DNA from: an uncultured delta proteobacterium
Lineage (GTDB): Bacteria; Desulfobacterota; Binatia; UBA9968
Length of the DNA stretch: 64,000 bases
Direction: 5' to 3'
Assembly: GCA_963745835.1 (NCBI GenBank)
Contig: CAVUZH010000013.1
Location: 416,001 to 480,000 of the forward strand
Of this stretch, positions 40,101 to 48,628 are shown piece by piece. Positions within the stretch are counted from its first letter, which is position 1; every line of letters starts with the position of its first letter. A program made the translations under genes and the position numbers. Below the pieces are notes generated by a model, which was given only the letters and a program-made list of their open reading frames with translations, searched no databases and had not been told where the DNA came from.

Positions 40101-40566
40101 GATCACCATCCGGCTGCCGCTGCGAGATCAAGCCGCGGCTACAATCCGACGGCTGAGCTCCACCCCTGTTCACGCGAGCGCCTGCCGCATCCTGGTGATC
40201 GAAGATAATAGAGCGGCGTCAAGAACAATGAACCTGTACCTGACCCATCAAGGCCATACTGTGGAAGCGGCGCACACCGGGCGCGAAGGTATTCAAGCCG
40301 CACGACGGTTCCAGCCTGATGTCATACTCTGCGATATCGGCCTGCCGGAATTTGACGGTTACAAAGTTGCCCGGCAAGTGCGGCAAGAGCCGGAACTCAA
40401 TCGCGTGTATCTGATCGGAATTTCAGGCTACGGACAGGAACACGATAAGGAGCGCGCCTGGCAGGCCGGCTTCAATGCCTATCTGGTAAAGCCTGTTGAT
40501 ATGTCGGAGCTCGAAACCTTGCTGGCGAAATTTCAAACCGATGCGGGTGTACGCGGCATGATGTGA
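37114..40566 (+). CDS. hybrid sensor histidine kinase/response regulator (Cache-HAMP-PAS-PAS-GAF-HisKA-HATPase-REC)
   Basis: Two TMs around a periplasmic domain, two PAS/PAC (…DIT), HELRNPL, DTGIG, GLGLGL, REC (IEDN…CDIGLP…KP). Confidence 0.9.
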   Translation: MKIRSHLLFLVLGTLLPILAFSAAMTAVFWREQRQALEQRFVDRVRGMTIALDREIDGNTRSLQMLAESPHLQSNDLLSFHEQIMRARSTQSTWANIILSDPVSGKQVINVRYPFGKPLPETLIDKSTLASVVKSGRPFVAPISQVRVGGNYMTTIVVPAKTGSGRPYTLMAVIDPSSWLHFLSNYPVATDATLTLLDQNGIIIARTLNSERWIGQLPAEGLTVEARKAPEGSSITQGLEGQWFYTAHSRSKLAGWTLASGVPKEGVEAALRQSVLLMVAGVAATAILAITLAGVFGRRIARPISELAHSAQALATGERVNAHGATEVAEVDDVRAAFSSAADRLRAKDSALRDSEERFRSMADTAPVLLWLSDVDQQCTYINKPWLHFTGRTLEQELGAGWMESIYPEDRPRCLETYRTSFHRRERLEMEYRLRRSDGEYRWVLNRGAPRVTDNGEFIGYVGSCVDITERKRVEESLRESEARLRLAMRTGKVGVWDWDILANRVVWTESLYAIHGVKPDEFVTTIEAFATLLHPEDRDPVLHSLQRALEHDAPYELEFRAIRPDGQIIWLFTNAMILRNGGEPFRMLGATMDITQRKLAEETVLRLLHISERLNSTLNVDTLLDVLVGEAIRIVDGESGVSGLYTPQGMVCRKYLHKGKPVPFDYCWRPAEGLPGHIINEKLPYLTNEANADPRTAQEFYARFEVRNALSIPILNFQRELIGFFEIHNKNSAGGFTDLDKRTLVAISEAAATAIQNSLAYRRVQEAEESLRDVDRRKDEYLAMLGHELRNPLGVISISAQLLRGQEPSSPELAELRDIVDRQVEHMTRLLDDLLDVSRISRGQMKLNQTLCDFSSLVRQTMQDYRSKLETNNLHVKMDIPDRPMWVMGDRTRLAQTISNILHNADKFTGAGGTITVALEEEAAAKQVILTVHDTGIGMEPKLLARVFEPFIQGDHGIDRRPGGLGLGLPLVKGMIELHGGQVRASSAGPGHGFQITIRLPLRDQAAATIRRLSSTPVHASACRILVIEDNRAASRTMNLYLTHQGHTVEAAHTGREGIQAARRFQPDVILCDIGLPEFDGYKVARQVRQEPELNRVYLIGISGYGQEHDKERAWQAGFNAYLVKPVDMSELETLLAKFQTDAGVRGMM

Positions 40567-40804
40567 TTTGCACATCCAACGCTGCTTAGGGCGGAACCTT
40601 CGCGTTACCAACAGTGGTCTTGTGACTTCTGGACAAACAGTTCGCTCTTCCCTGGTAAGCTACAACAGGAAAATGTCAGACGCTCTCGGTCACTTTAAAG
40701 TCTTGCCTACTCCGTTCCTGCTCCCCTATTGAATCCATGCCCAGAGTGGTCAGTATTGAAAAAGAGACAAGGGGCGTCTTCCGTTCAAAGAGACCGTCAG
40801 AGTC

Positions 40805-41725
40805 GTGAATCAGCCGTTTCTAATCGGAACCTCAGGTTATTCATACCCTGGACCGCCGCCCAGCGGCTGGCGTGGTGCGTTTTATCCGGAGCCAAAACCC
40901 AAACGCTTCGATGAACTCCATTACTATTCGCAGATATTTAATACAGTGGAGATCAATTCGACGTTTTACCGGCCTCCCTCGACCACCACTACTGCAGCAT
41001 GGGCGAAAAAGACTTCATCCGACTTCACCTTTGCCGTAAAGCTGTGGCAGAAGTTTACCCATCCGGTAAAGATTGGGCGGAAAAAGTCGGATGAGAAATG
41101 GCAGCCTCCGACGCAGGATGATGTCGATCAATTCCGCACCGGTCTTGAACCCATCGCCGAGGCGGGTAAGCTCGGTGCGCTTCTGCTGCAATACCCCGCG
41201 AGCTTTCACTGCACGCCCGAGAACATGGAGCGAGTCGAGAGAACGCTACAACTATTCTACGAATATCCGAAAGTGGTCGAGCTTCGGCACAATACTTGGA
41301 CTGAGCAAAGCGCCCAGACCAAAGTCTTGTTGGAAGGCAATAGAGCCAGCAGCGTCCTCATCGACGAGCCTAAATTTTCATCCTCCATACGCCAGGGCAT
41401 CGAGACGATTGGCGAAATTTTTTACTTCCGCGCTCATGGTCGCAACGCCAAGGCTTGGTGGAGACCCAAGGAGTCATGGGAGCGGTATGACTATTTATAT
41501 CCCCGCCAGGAAATCAAAAAAATCGCCGAACGAATCGATAGCGCGACAAGCGCGCCGGGGATAAAAAAGGGGTTTGCATTTTTCAATAATCACGCGCGCG
41601 CCAACGCCGCCGCTAATGCCATCATGCTCTCTCAGGAACTTGGGCTCCGCCCCAAAGCTATGCCAGGTGAAGCAATGATCTCTAAGTTTCCTGAGATTGT
41701 GAATGTCGAGCCGTCATCTACTTGA
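40805..41725 (+). CDS. DUF72-domain protein
   Basis: IGTSGYSY, VEINSTFY, ELRH, RAHGR, YDYLY, FFNN. Confidence 0.9.
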   Translation: MNQPFLIGTSGYSYPGPPPSGWRGAFYPEPKPKRFDELHYYSQIFNTVEINSTFYRPPSTTTTAAWAKKTSSDFTFAVKLWQKFTHPVKIGRKKSDEKWQPPTQDDVDQFRTGLEPIAEAGKLGALLLQYPASFHCTPENMERVERTLQLFYEYPKVVELRHNTWTEQSAQTKVLLEGNRASSVLIDEPKFSSSIRQGIETIGEIFYFRAHGRNAKAWWRPKESWERYDYLYPRQEIKKIAERIDSATSAPGIKKGFAFFNNHARANAAANAIMLSQELGLRPKAMPGEAMISKFPEIVNVEPSST

Positions 41726-41997
41726 TCGATGCGCATGCCGGCGATGGGTGTTTAGCTTACGAGCGGGCCGATAAGAGATCGCCACATAAATCAACACGAC
41801 GGCCAACAATAAGAATTCAAACATGCTGCGTCTCACCTTCCGAAAAATTCGTGCGCTGGAGCATCGGTCTAAAAGTTAGACGAATCGAAGGCAAGACAGT
41901 TGACAGTGTGTTAGCATCCCATCAAAAAAATGAATTCGTTTAACGTCATTTCCCGTTTCTCTCTGCTCACGAGCGGCGGTCATGAACACGGCGCCTT

Positions 41998-43071
41998 TTA
42001 CAACCGCGGTGTCTTGACCATCACGCTCGAATCGATGCTCGCGATGGTCGGCCGGCCGCATTTCGCCATAGTAATTTCCATCTCTTCCCGAAGTATATCC
42101 AACACTCGCATTACTCCCTGCTCGCCATTAACAGCGAGACCCCAAAATAGCGGACGGCCAATGAACACCGCCTTGGCTCCTAAGGCCAGGGCTTTCACCA
42201 CATCGGCGCCTCGCCTGATGCCCCCGTCGAGAAAAAGCTCTAGCTTTCCCTTCGCGGCGACAACAGCTTCAGAGACGACTTCCACCGGTGCCAGAGTATT
42301 GTCCAGGTGCCGGCCGCCGTGATTAGACACGATCACCCCGTGTATTCCTATTTCCGCGCACAACTCGACGTCCTCGCCTGTCATGATGCCTTTGGCAACA
42401 ACCGGCAGGTTGGTTTGCGATTTGATCCATTCCAAGTCTTTCCAAGTGGCGGCAGGATCCGATCCCCCTTCGGCGCCGGCAGGCCGCGGCGCACTGCCCG
42501 GCGCTAAAGATTGTGCCGGATAGTTAACGCCCCGCGTTCGCCGATAGTTGTTGCGAATATTTCGCTCCCGCTTGGGCGGCCACTGAGAATCCAAAGTGAC
42601 ACAGATTGCTTCATAGCCCGCTCCTTTGGCGCGATCGAGCCAGCTTTTAGTCAGGCTCCGATCTCGAAATGGATAGAGCTGCAGCCACAGATGGCCGGAA
42701 GCCGCTTTGGCCAATTCTTCAAAGGATGAGTTTGAATTGGCGCTGACCGCCATAATCGTGCCCCGGGCCGCCGCAGCGCGATAGGTCGCGAACTCGCCTT
42801 CTGGATGAGCCTTTTTATGCCCGCCGCACGGCGCGATCAGCACCGGCAGGCTCACCTTGGTTCCGAGCACGGTAGTCGAAAGGTCAAGCGCGCTCACATT
42901 GCGCAACACCCGCGGGCGCAGCGCCCACGACTCGAAGGCGCGGCGATTTCGTTCGACGCTGATCTCGTCGGTGGCGCCGCCGGCAATATAGTCGTATTCG
43001 TCTTTCGGCAGGCGCTCCTTGGCAATCGCTTCGAAATCAAAAAGGTTGATCGGCATCGAACTGGTGCTCAT
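41998..43071 (-). CDS. FMN-dependent alpha-hydroxy acid oxidase/dehydrogenase
   Basis: DYIAGGA, WLQLY, VAKGI, SNHGGRHLD, DGGIRRG. Confidence 0.9.
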   Translation of the reverse strand: MSTSSMPINLFDFEAIAKERLPKDEYDYIAGGATDEISVERNRRAFESWALRPRVLRNVSALDLSTTVLGTKVSLPVLIAPCGGHKKAHPEGEFATYRAAAARGTIMAVSANSNSSFEELAKAASGHLWLQLYPFRDRSLTKSWLDRAKGAGYEAICVTLDSQWPPKRERNIRNNYRRTRGVNYPAQSLAPGSAPRPAGAEGGSDPAATWKDLEWIKSQTNLPVVAKGIMTGEDVELCAEIGIHGVIVSNHGGRHLDNTLAPVEVVSEAVVAAKGKLELFLDGGIRRGADVVKALALGAKAVFIGRPLFWGLAVNGEQGVMRVLDILREEMEITMAKCGRPTIASIDSSVMVKTPRL

Positions 43072-43174
43072 TTTACCCTCCAACATTAAACTCTGCTTTG
43101 GGTGGACGATTGATTGAAAACGGCGCGTGAGCCTTGACGGATCTCTCAACCTGCAGACTGATTTGTTTACCCGG

Positions 43175-43426
43175 CTATTGTTTAGCTTTTAGCTGTTGGT
43201 CATTGTCTTTGAGAAAGGAACGGATCTCCTCGGCATGGTCAAGAAGCCTGACCCACTGCTCCTTGTAAAGAGTCACGGGAAACCTGCCGAGGCCATAGAG
43301 CGATAGGCCGCCTTTTTCGCTGACCTTCAGCCGCAACTGACCGGGCTTTCGCTCCACCTGTTGGCGTAGCGCCCGATTTTCGGCCTCGAGCCGCGCCAGC
43401 TTCTGCTCCGCTGTTTCTTCTGCCAT
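43175..43426 (-). CDS. small hypothetical protein (coiled coil + KVSEKGGLSLYGLGRFPVTLYKEQW domain)
   Basis: 83-aa ORF from ATG 43426 with GGAGG RBS; protein-like composition. Confidence 0.7.
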   Translation of the reverse strand: MAEETAEQKLARLEAENRALRQQVERKPGQLRLKVSEKGGLSLYGLGRFPVTLYKEQWVRLLDHAEEIRSFLKDNDQQLKAKQ

Positions 43427-43628
43427 AATTCCTCCGATACCTTTAGGGCTGTAAGTGAAAACCGTTACCTTATGAAACCGATCACAGGACAGCTGCACGT
43501 TCTCAAAAACAATTTCTTATCTTAAAGCGCCGGAGAACGCGAGATCGATGCGTCACTTCGTGCTGTAAAAACCCGCAAGGCGGCTGCCTAAGAATTTTCG
43601 GGACGCTTGAAAAATAAGGACTCACACC

Positions 43629-44720
43629 ATGATTGCTTCAATCAAACCCGTGATCGTGGTCGAGGACGATTCGTTTCTACGGGTGATCAAGCTCGTTCTC
43701 GACCCCACTGCGCCCGGCGAGCTATTCGAGGCCTTCGCTCATTTCTGCGCCCATGATCTGCCGGATTTTCGCGCTTGGTGCGAGCAAGTCCGCGCCAATG
43801 TGCGTCACTTGTATCCGGCAGATATCCGGCTGGTGCGGGGCTGCGACGAATTGCTGGCAAATATTCCTGGAGCGAACGCGCTGGTGGTCGAAGCGTTGCC
43901 GGTCGGCGTTCAAGAGATTGCCGCAGCGGGCGGCACTCTGCGGCTAATCCAGAGATATGGCACCCTTACTCGTAACATCGACGAAGTCGCGTGCAGTAGC
44001 GCCGGGATTCAGGTAAAAACTCTCCGGCGCCGCGCTAATATTTCCACCGCCGAGCAAGCGCTGGCACTGATGCTTGCTTTGGCCCGCCAGCTCAATCAGA
44101 ACGCGAATTTAATCAGCATCGAGCAGTTAGAGGCAGCGGGCTATACACCGACTCAGTATGACCGCGAGCGAACCCCCAACGGCAACTGGGCGCGAATCAC
44201 CGGACTCAAAACCCTTTTTGGTCGGCAATTGGGCATCATTGGATTCGGGGAAATCGGCCGTGAGCTCGCGCTACGGGCATCGGCGCTAGGCATGCGCATC
44301 ATCTATCACCAGCGCCATAGTCTCGTGGCCGCAGAAGAACAGCGCTATCAGGTGAACTATTCGTCCATGGGACTGCTTCTCGAAACATCCGACTGCATCA
44401 GCCTGCATCTTCCCCGTGGAGCGGAAACTCGCGGCATCATCGGACGCGCCGAGCTTGAGAACATCAAACCGGGCGCGCTGCTCATCAATGTATCACAACC
44501 TTCTCTCATCGACCGCGCCGCTCTATTGGATGCTCTCAAATCTGGCCGGTTGGGCGGTTTCGCAATGGATAGCTTTTATGAAGAGCCTGCAGATCCCAAT
44601 GATCCGCTGATAAAGTTTAGAAATGTCATTATTACCCCTCACCTGGCTGGTTCACCCAGGTCGAATTCCCTCGACGATATAGCAGAGTTGCTGGACAATC
44701 TGGCGGACGGCTTGTCATAG
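43629..44720 (+). CDS. D-isomer-specific 2-hydroxyacid dehydrogenase family protein
   Basis: GFGEIG, SLHLP, DSFYEEP, TPHLAG. Confidence 0.85.
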   Translation: MIASIKPVIVVEDDSFLRVIKLVLDPTAPGELFEAFAHFCAHDLPDFRAWCEQVRANVRHLYPADIRLVRGCDELLANIPGANALVVEALPVGVQEIAAAGGTLRLIQRYGTLTRNIDEVACSSAGIQVKTLRRRANISTAEQALALMLALARQLNQNANLISIEQLEAAGYTPTQYDRERTPNGNWARITGLKTLFGRQLGIIGFGEIGRELALRASALGMRIIYHQRHSLVAAEEQRYQVNYSSMGLLLETSDCISLHLPRGAETRGIIGRAELENIKPGALLINVSQPSLIDRAALLDALKSGRLGGFAMDSFYEEPADPNDPLIKFRNVIITPHLAGSPRSNSLDDIAELLDNLADGLS

Positions 44721-44941
44721 TCAGCGCTTTGATGGCGAGTTCGAATTAGAAGTACCGACAAGTACGAAGCGGATTGACGCTCTCCATTAGATGAAGACAA
44801 TCTGGCGGCGAACTTGATACCCATCTTAACTCCGGTTTATATATAAGCTTCGAAAGAACGGACCCGTTATTTCAGAAAAGCCCTTTTGTTTGGGCGTTAC
44901 TGTTTTCGACAGTGCTGATTGTTATATTCATAGGAGGATGC

Positions 44942-46027
44942 ATGAGCAGCTCACTGGCAACCAGAATTATTGACGGCGACGGTCATATTATCGAGGACCA
45001 TGCGGGAATTATCGCGCATATGGAGACTCCCTATCGGGAAATCGCCAACCGCAAGGGCATCGTATTTCCGCCACTGGATCATCTTCATACCGGCCGGGCC
45101 GTGGAAACACCGCCACAGCGCGATCAGCGCCCTAACGTTGGACCCAAAGGGTGGCTCGACTTCCTGGATGATGTCGGGATTGACTGGACGGTGCTTTACC
45201 CGACCACGGCTCTGTCTTACGGCAAGATCGTCAGTCTGGACTATGCTGTTGCCGCTGCGCGCGCTTACAACGATTGGCTTTGCGAAACCTACGTCAAATA
45301 CAATCCGCGGTTTAAGGGCATGGCGATCATTCCCATGCAAGATCCGGACGAAGCCGCCAAAGAGCTGCGCCGCGCGGTGACGGAATTGGGAATGTTGGGT
45401 GCCATGATGCCTTCCAACGGTTTGCCGCAGCCGTTAGGCGCCAAGGCGTACTGGCCGATTTACGCCGAGGCCGACCGACTCGGCTGCTGCCTTGCTGTCC
45501 ATGGCGGCGCGCATGATCGTTTCGGCATGGATCACATGAATATGTATGTTCCGGTACATGCGTTAGGTCATCCGTGGGGATTGACCTTCAACTGCGCCAA
45601 TATCGTTTACAACGGTATCTTCGATCGCTTCCCGAGAGTGCGCATCGCCTTTCTCGAAGGCGGGGTGGCTTGGCTCCTGCTATTATTGGAACGCCTCCAT
45701 GCATCGCACGAGACCCATTTTCAGTATATTCCGCCGTCCGAATTCGGCATACGAGAAGAAGACGATCCTGGCAAATACATTAAAAAACAAATCCAGGAAG
45801 GGCGCTTTTTCCTCGGCATCGAAACCGAGGAACTCACTCTTCCTTTTGCCATCAAGATCGTCGGCAATTCGCCATTTCTCTACTCTTCTGATTTTCCCCA
45901 CGAGGTCACCAACGAAAGCTGCAAGCATGATCTTGGCGAGCTGATGGAGAGTGATGAGATCAGCGCGGCAGATAAAGCCGCAATGCTGTACAAGAACGCC
46001 GAAAGGTTCTACAAGCTCCCGCTATAG
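44942..46027 (+). CDS. amidohydrolase_2-family protein
   Basis: IIDGDGH, AVH, FLEGG, SSDFPH, NAERFY. Confidence 0.88.
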   Translation: MSSSLATRIIDGDGHIIEDHAGIIAHMETPYREIANRKGIVFPPLDHLHTGRAVETPPQRDQRPNVGPKGWLDFLDDVGIDWTVLYPTTALSYGKIVSLDYAVAAARAYNDWLCETYVKYNPRFKGMAIIPMQDPDEAAKELRRAVTELGMLGAMMPSNGLPQPLGAKAYWPIYAEADRLGCCLAVHGGAHDRFGMDHMNMYVPVHALGHPWGLTFNCANIVYNGIFDRFPRVRIAFLEGGVAWLLLLLERLHASHETHFQYIPPSEFGIREEDDPGKYIKKQIQEGRFFLGIETEELTLPFAIKIVGNSPFLYSSDFPHEVTNESCKHDLGELMESDEISAADKAAMLYKNAERFYKLPL

Positions 46028-46188
46028 ATGAGAGTTACTGAAGCGAGACCCTGAAGTTCCGTGAATTACACGGCGAAGCTATTCTGAGTCGGCGCTGAAT
46101 ACCGGCGGATTCTGTAGGTGTATTGCACAGCAGGAACTTTCTTATTTAATCAATCAACTATCCCCGCGAAGCTGGAGGTTTGCTATTC

Positions 46189-47274
46189 ATGAGCGACTGT
46201 CGCGCTGCCGTTGTCACCGCCCATAATCAACCACTGACGATTGAGCGAGTGCCGATTCCTGACCTTGAACCCGGAGCGCTGCTGGTCAAAATCGCCGCCT
46301 CTACTCTGTGCGGCACGGACGTACATCGCTGGCATGGACCGCTGGGAGAGGGGGACAGCTTGCCGATCATCACCGGCCATGAACCCTGCGGTTACATCGA
46401 AGAAATCAACGGAGAACGCACCGATATTTTAGGTCAACCGGTGAAGCGCGGCGATCGCATCGTCTGGAGCTATGTCGCTTGCGGGAGCTGCTACTACTGC
46501 ACCGTCGCGTTGCAGCCTTGCATCTGTCCAGGGCGCGCCTCCTGGGGGCATAACCGCAGCGATCAGTATCCCTATCTGCTGGGTAGCTGCGCCGAATATA
46601 TGTATGTGCCGCCTCCTTGTCTGATTATCAAAGTGCCTGAAGAGGTGTCATCCGCTTCGGCGGCGGCTTCCGCTTGTGCGTATCGCACCGTGATGCATGG
46701 CTTTGACCGGTTGGGGGCAATTAAGAGCAACGAGACGGTGGTGATTCAAGGCAGCGGACCCTTAGGCAACTTTGCGACCGCAGTTGCCAAAGATCATGGC
46801 GCCAAAAAAGTATTGGTTATTGGTGCGCCCGCGGTTCGTCTGGAAGTCACCCGTCGCATGGGCGCGGATGCGGTATTGAACTTGGAGGAGGTCACCGACG
46901 CCAAAGACCGTCGGCAATGGGTGCACGATCATACCGACGGCCGGGGCGGTGATGTTGTGATCCAGGTCGCCAACAATATGGCGGTGCCCGAGGGACTCAC
47001 GTTGCTTCGCGGCGGCGGGCGCTACTTGAATATCGGCGCCGGCGGCAAAGCCAATATCGCGGTAGAGCGCCTGCCGCAAGAAATGACGCTAGTGACCGTC
47101 AGATCCGCTGAACCGCGTCACTGGTTGCAAGCCATCGATTTTTTGGCGTCGCGCAGGGATCGATTTCCGTTCGAGGCGATGATTACGGCGCGCTACGATC
47201 TCGAACACGTAAACGACGCGCTTCAAGCCATGGCGAGTTACCAGGTGGTAAAAGCCGTCATCGATCTCAACTGA
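46189..47274 (+). CDS. zinc-dependent alcohol dehydrogenase (MDR)
   Basis: CGTDVH, GHE, CGSCYYC-x7-C, GSGPLG. Confidence 0.9.
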   Translation: MSDCRAAVVTAHNQPLTIERVPIPDLEPGALLVKIAASTLCGTDVHRWHGPLGEGDSLPIITGHEPCGYIEEINGERTDILGQPVKRGDRIVWSYVACGSCYYCTVALQPCICPGRASWGHNRSDQYPYLLGSCAEYMYVPPPCLIIKVPEEVSSASAAASACAYRTVMHGFDRLGAIKSNETVVIQGSGPLGNFATAVAKDHGAKKVLVIGAPAVRLEVTRRMGADAVLNLEEVTDAKDRRQWVHDHTDGRGGDVVIQVANNMAVPEGLTLLRGGGRYLNIGAGGKANIAVERLPQEMTLVTVRSAEPRHWLQAIDFLASRRDRFPFEAMITARYDLEHVNDALQAMASYQVVKAVIDLN

Positions 47275-47377
47275 GATTACGGCGCGAGCCGACTTTTACT
47301 TTAGATCGGACGGACTTTCATCTCAAGGTAAGAAGAATGTAGATCGAAGAGGCAGTGTCGGTTAACCAGCAGCCTGA

Positions 47378-47414
47378 AGCGGTCCGGCGGCTAAACCATA
47401 GCCGCCGGACCGCT
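47378..47414. terminator. strong hairpin between convergent genes
   Basis: 16-bp perfect stem AGCGGTCCGGCGGCTA-AACCA-TAGCCGCCGGACCGCT; weak U tract. Confidence 0.6.
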
Positions 47415-47441
47415 GCTTCAATTCATTCATGTAATTGAAAG

Positions 47442-47609
47442 TCAGACTGGCGGCGAACGCCTGCCCATGACCAAGCTCACTAAAAACAGAACCAAGAATA
47501 CCACGAACAGAATCCAGGCAATCTGAGTTGCTGCGCCAGCAATGCCGGAAAGACCTAGAAGGCCAGCGATCAGACCGATGACTAGAAATGTGATACTCCA
47601 GCTAAGCAT
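47442..47609 (-). CDS. DUF1328 (UPF0391) small membrane protein
   Basis: Manual translation [55 protein letters not shown]; AGGAG RBS; below the ORF-track cutoff. Confidence 0.9.
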   Translation of the reverse strand: MLSWSITFLVIGLIAGLLGLSGIAGAATQIAWILFVVFLVLFLVSLVMGRRSPPV

Positions 47610-47681
47610 AATGTTCTCCTTTTCCCTTGGGTTTCCTCAACAGCACACCCCGACACTTCCTCGAATAGATAACGTTGGTTA

Positions 47682-48284
47682 TCAACCTGCCTCTTCCGTG
47701 CCAGCTTCCTGATACAACGGTTCGATCCGAACCAGTGTTAAACCTGACTCGACAAAGCCCAAGGCGTTAGCCGCCGCACGGGAGAGATCGATGACCCGAT
47801 CGCCGACATAAGGTCCGCGATCATTTATCTCTACCTCCACACTGTTGCCATTCTCCAGATTTGTGACTTTTGCTTTTGTGCCTAGGGGAAGTGTCTTATG
47901 TGCTGCCGTTAGCCTACCCTGGTCGAAAATTTCTCCGCTAGCGGTTTTCTTCCCGTGAAATCCGGGCCCATACCATGACGCTTGGCCCCGTATTACTTTT
48001 TTCTTCGAAGTCTCACGACTATTTGCTTGACGCACCGCTTTTCCTTGAGCCCGCTTATTCTTAGCAGGCACAGCTGCATCCTCCAGGGTCGCCGCTTCCG
48101 CCGATTGAGGTTTTACACCCATCAGAGATCCCGGCAAAAGGCTGCCACCCTGAATCAGTGAGGAAGCCAATAAAAAGACCATCCCCAATGAAGGCTGGTT
48201 TCGACAAGAATACGCGTCGTTGAGTTCTTCAGACGAAGGCATATCTCTTCCCTCCAGTTGTGTGATCGTTTCCATGGTGACCAT
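47682..48284 (-). CDS. RlpA-family (double-psi beta-barrel) lytic transglycosylase
   Basis: GQASWYG, TASGE, TAAHKTLP, INDRGP, IDLS; start uncertain. Confidence 0.85.
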   Translation of the reverse strand: MVTMETITQLEGRDMPSSEELNDAYSCRNQPSLGMVFLLASSLIQGGSLLPGSLMGVKPQSAEAATLEDAAVPAKNKRAQGKAVRQANSRETSKKKVIRGQASWYGPGFHGKKTASGEIFDQGRLTAAHKTLPLGTKAKVTNLENGNSVEVEINDRGPYVGDRVIDLSRAAANALGFVESGLTLVRIEPLYQEAGTEEAG

Positions 48285-48324
48285 GTCGTGCTTGAATTTT
48301 GGGCTAGCCTGAACGAAGACTAAG

Positions 48325-48340
48325 GCAAGAGGCGTGCCGG
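48325..48340 (-). promoter_or_regulatory. sigma54 (-24/-12) promoter
   Basis: Minus strand CCGGCACGCCTCTTGC versus consensus YTGGCACGN4TTGC, about 40 nt upstream of the rlpA-like ORF. Confidence 0.6.
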
Positions 48341-48628
48341 TTGACGAAAAAAGTCACATAAGCTATCGATATTTAAGCCATTTCCGAAGGCAGCAGATCA
48401 GGAACCCGACAATGCCTGTACTGAATAACCTACAAGCAGCCGCATGGACGGGTCATCAACTATTGCTCTTTGCCCTCGGCCGAGCTGCCGGTGAGCAAAA
48501 TTGGCACAGCGAGCCTGTTAATTTACCTACTGTTAGGCATAGAAATTCGAGTGCTAGTCAGCGTTGCCGCCAACTGTCTTGGAAATGAGACACAGATCAG
48601 TGGGTATAACGGTTTTGTTGGACGGGGT

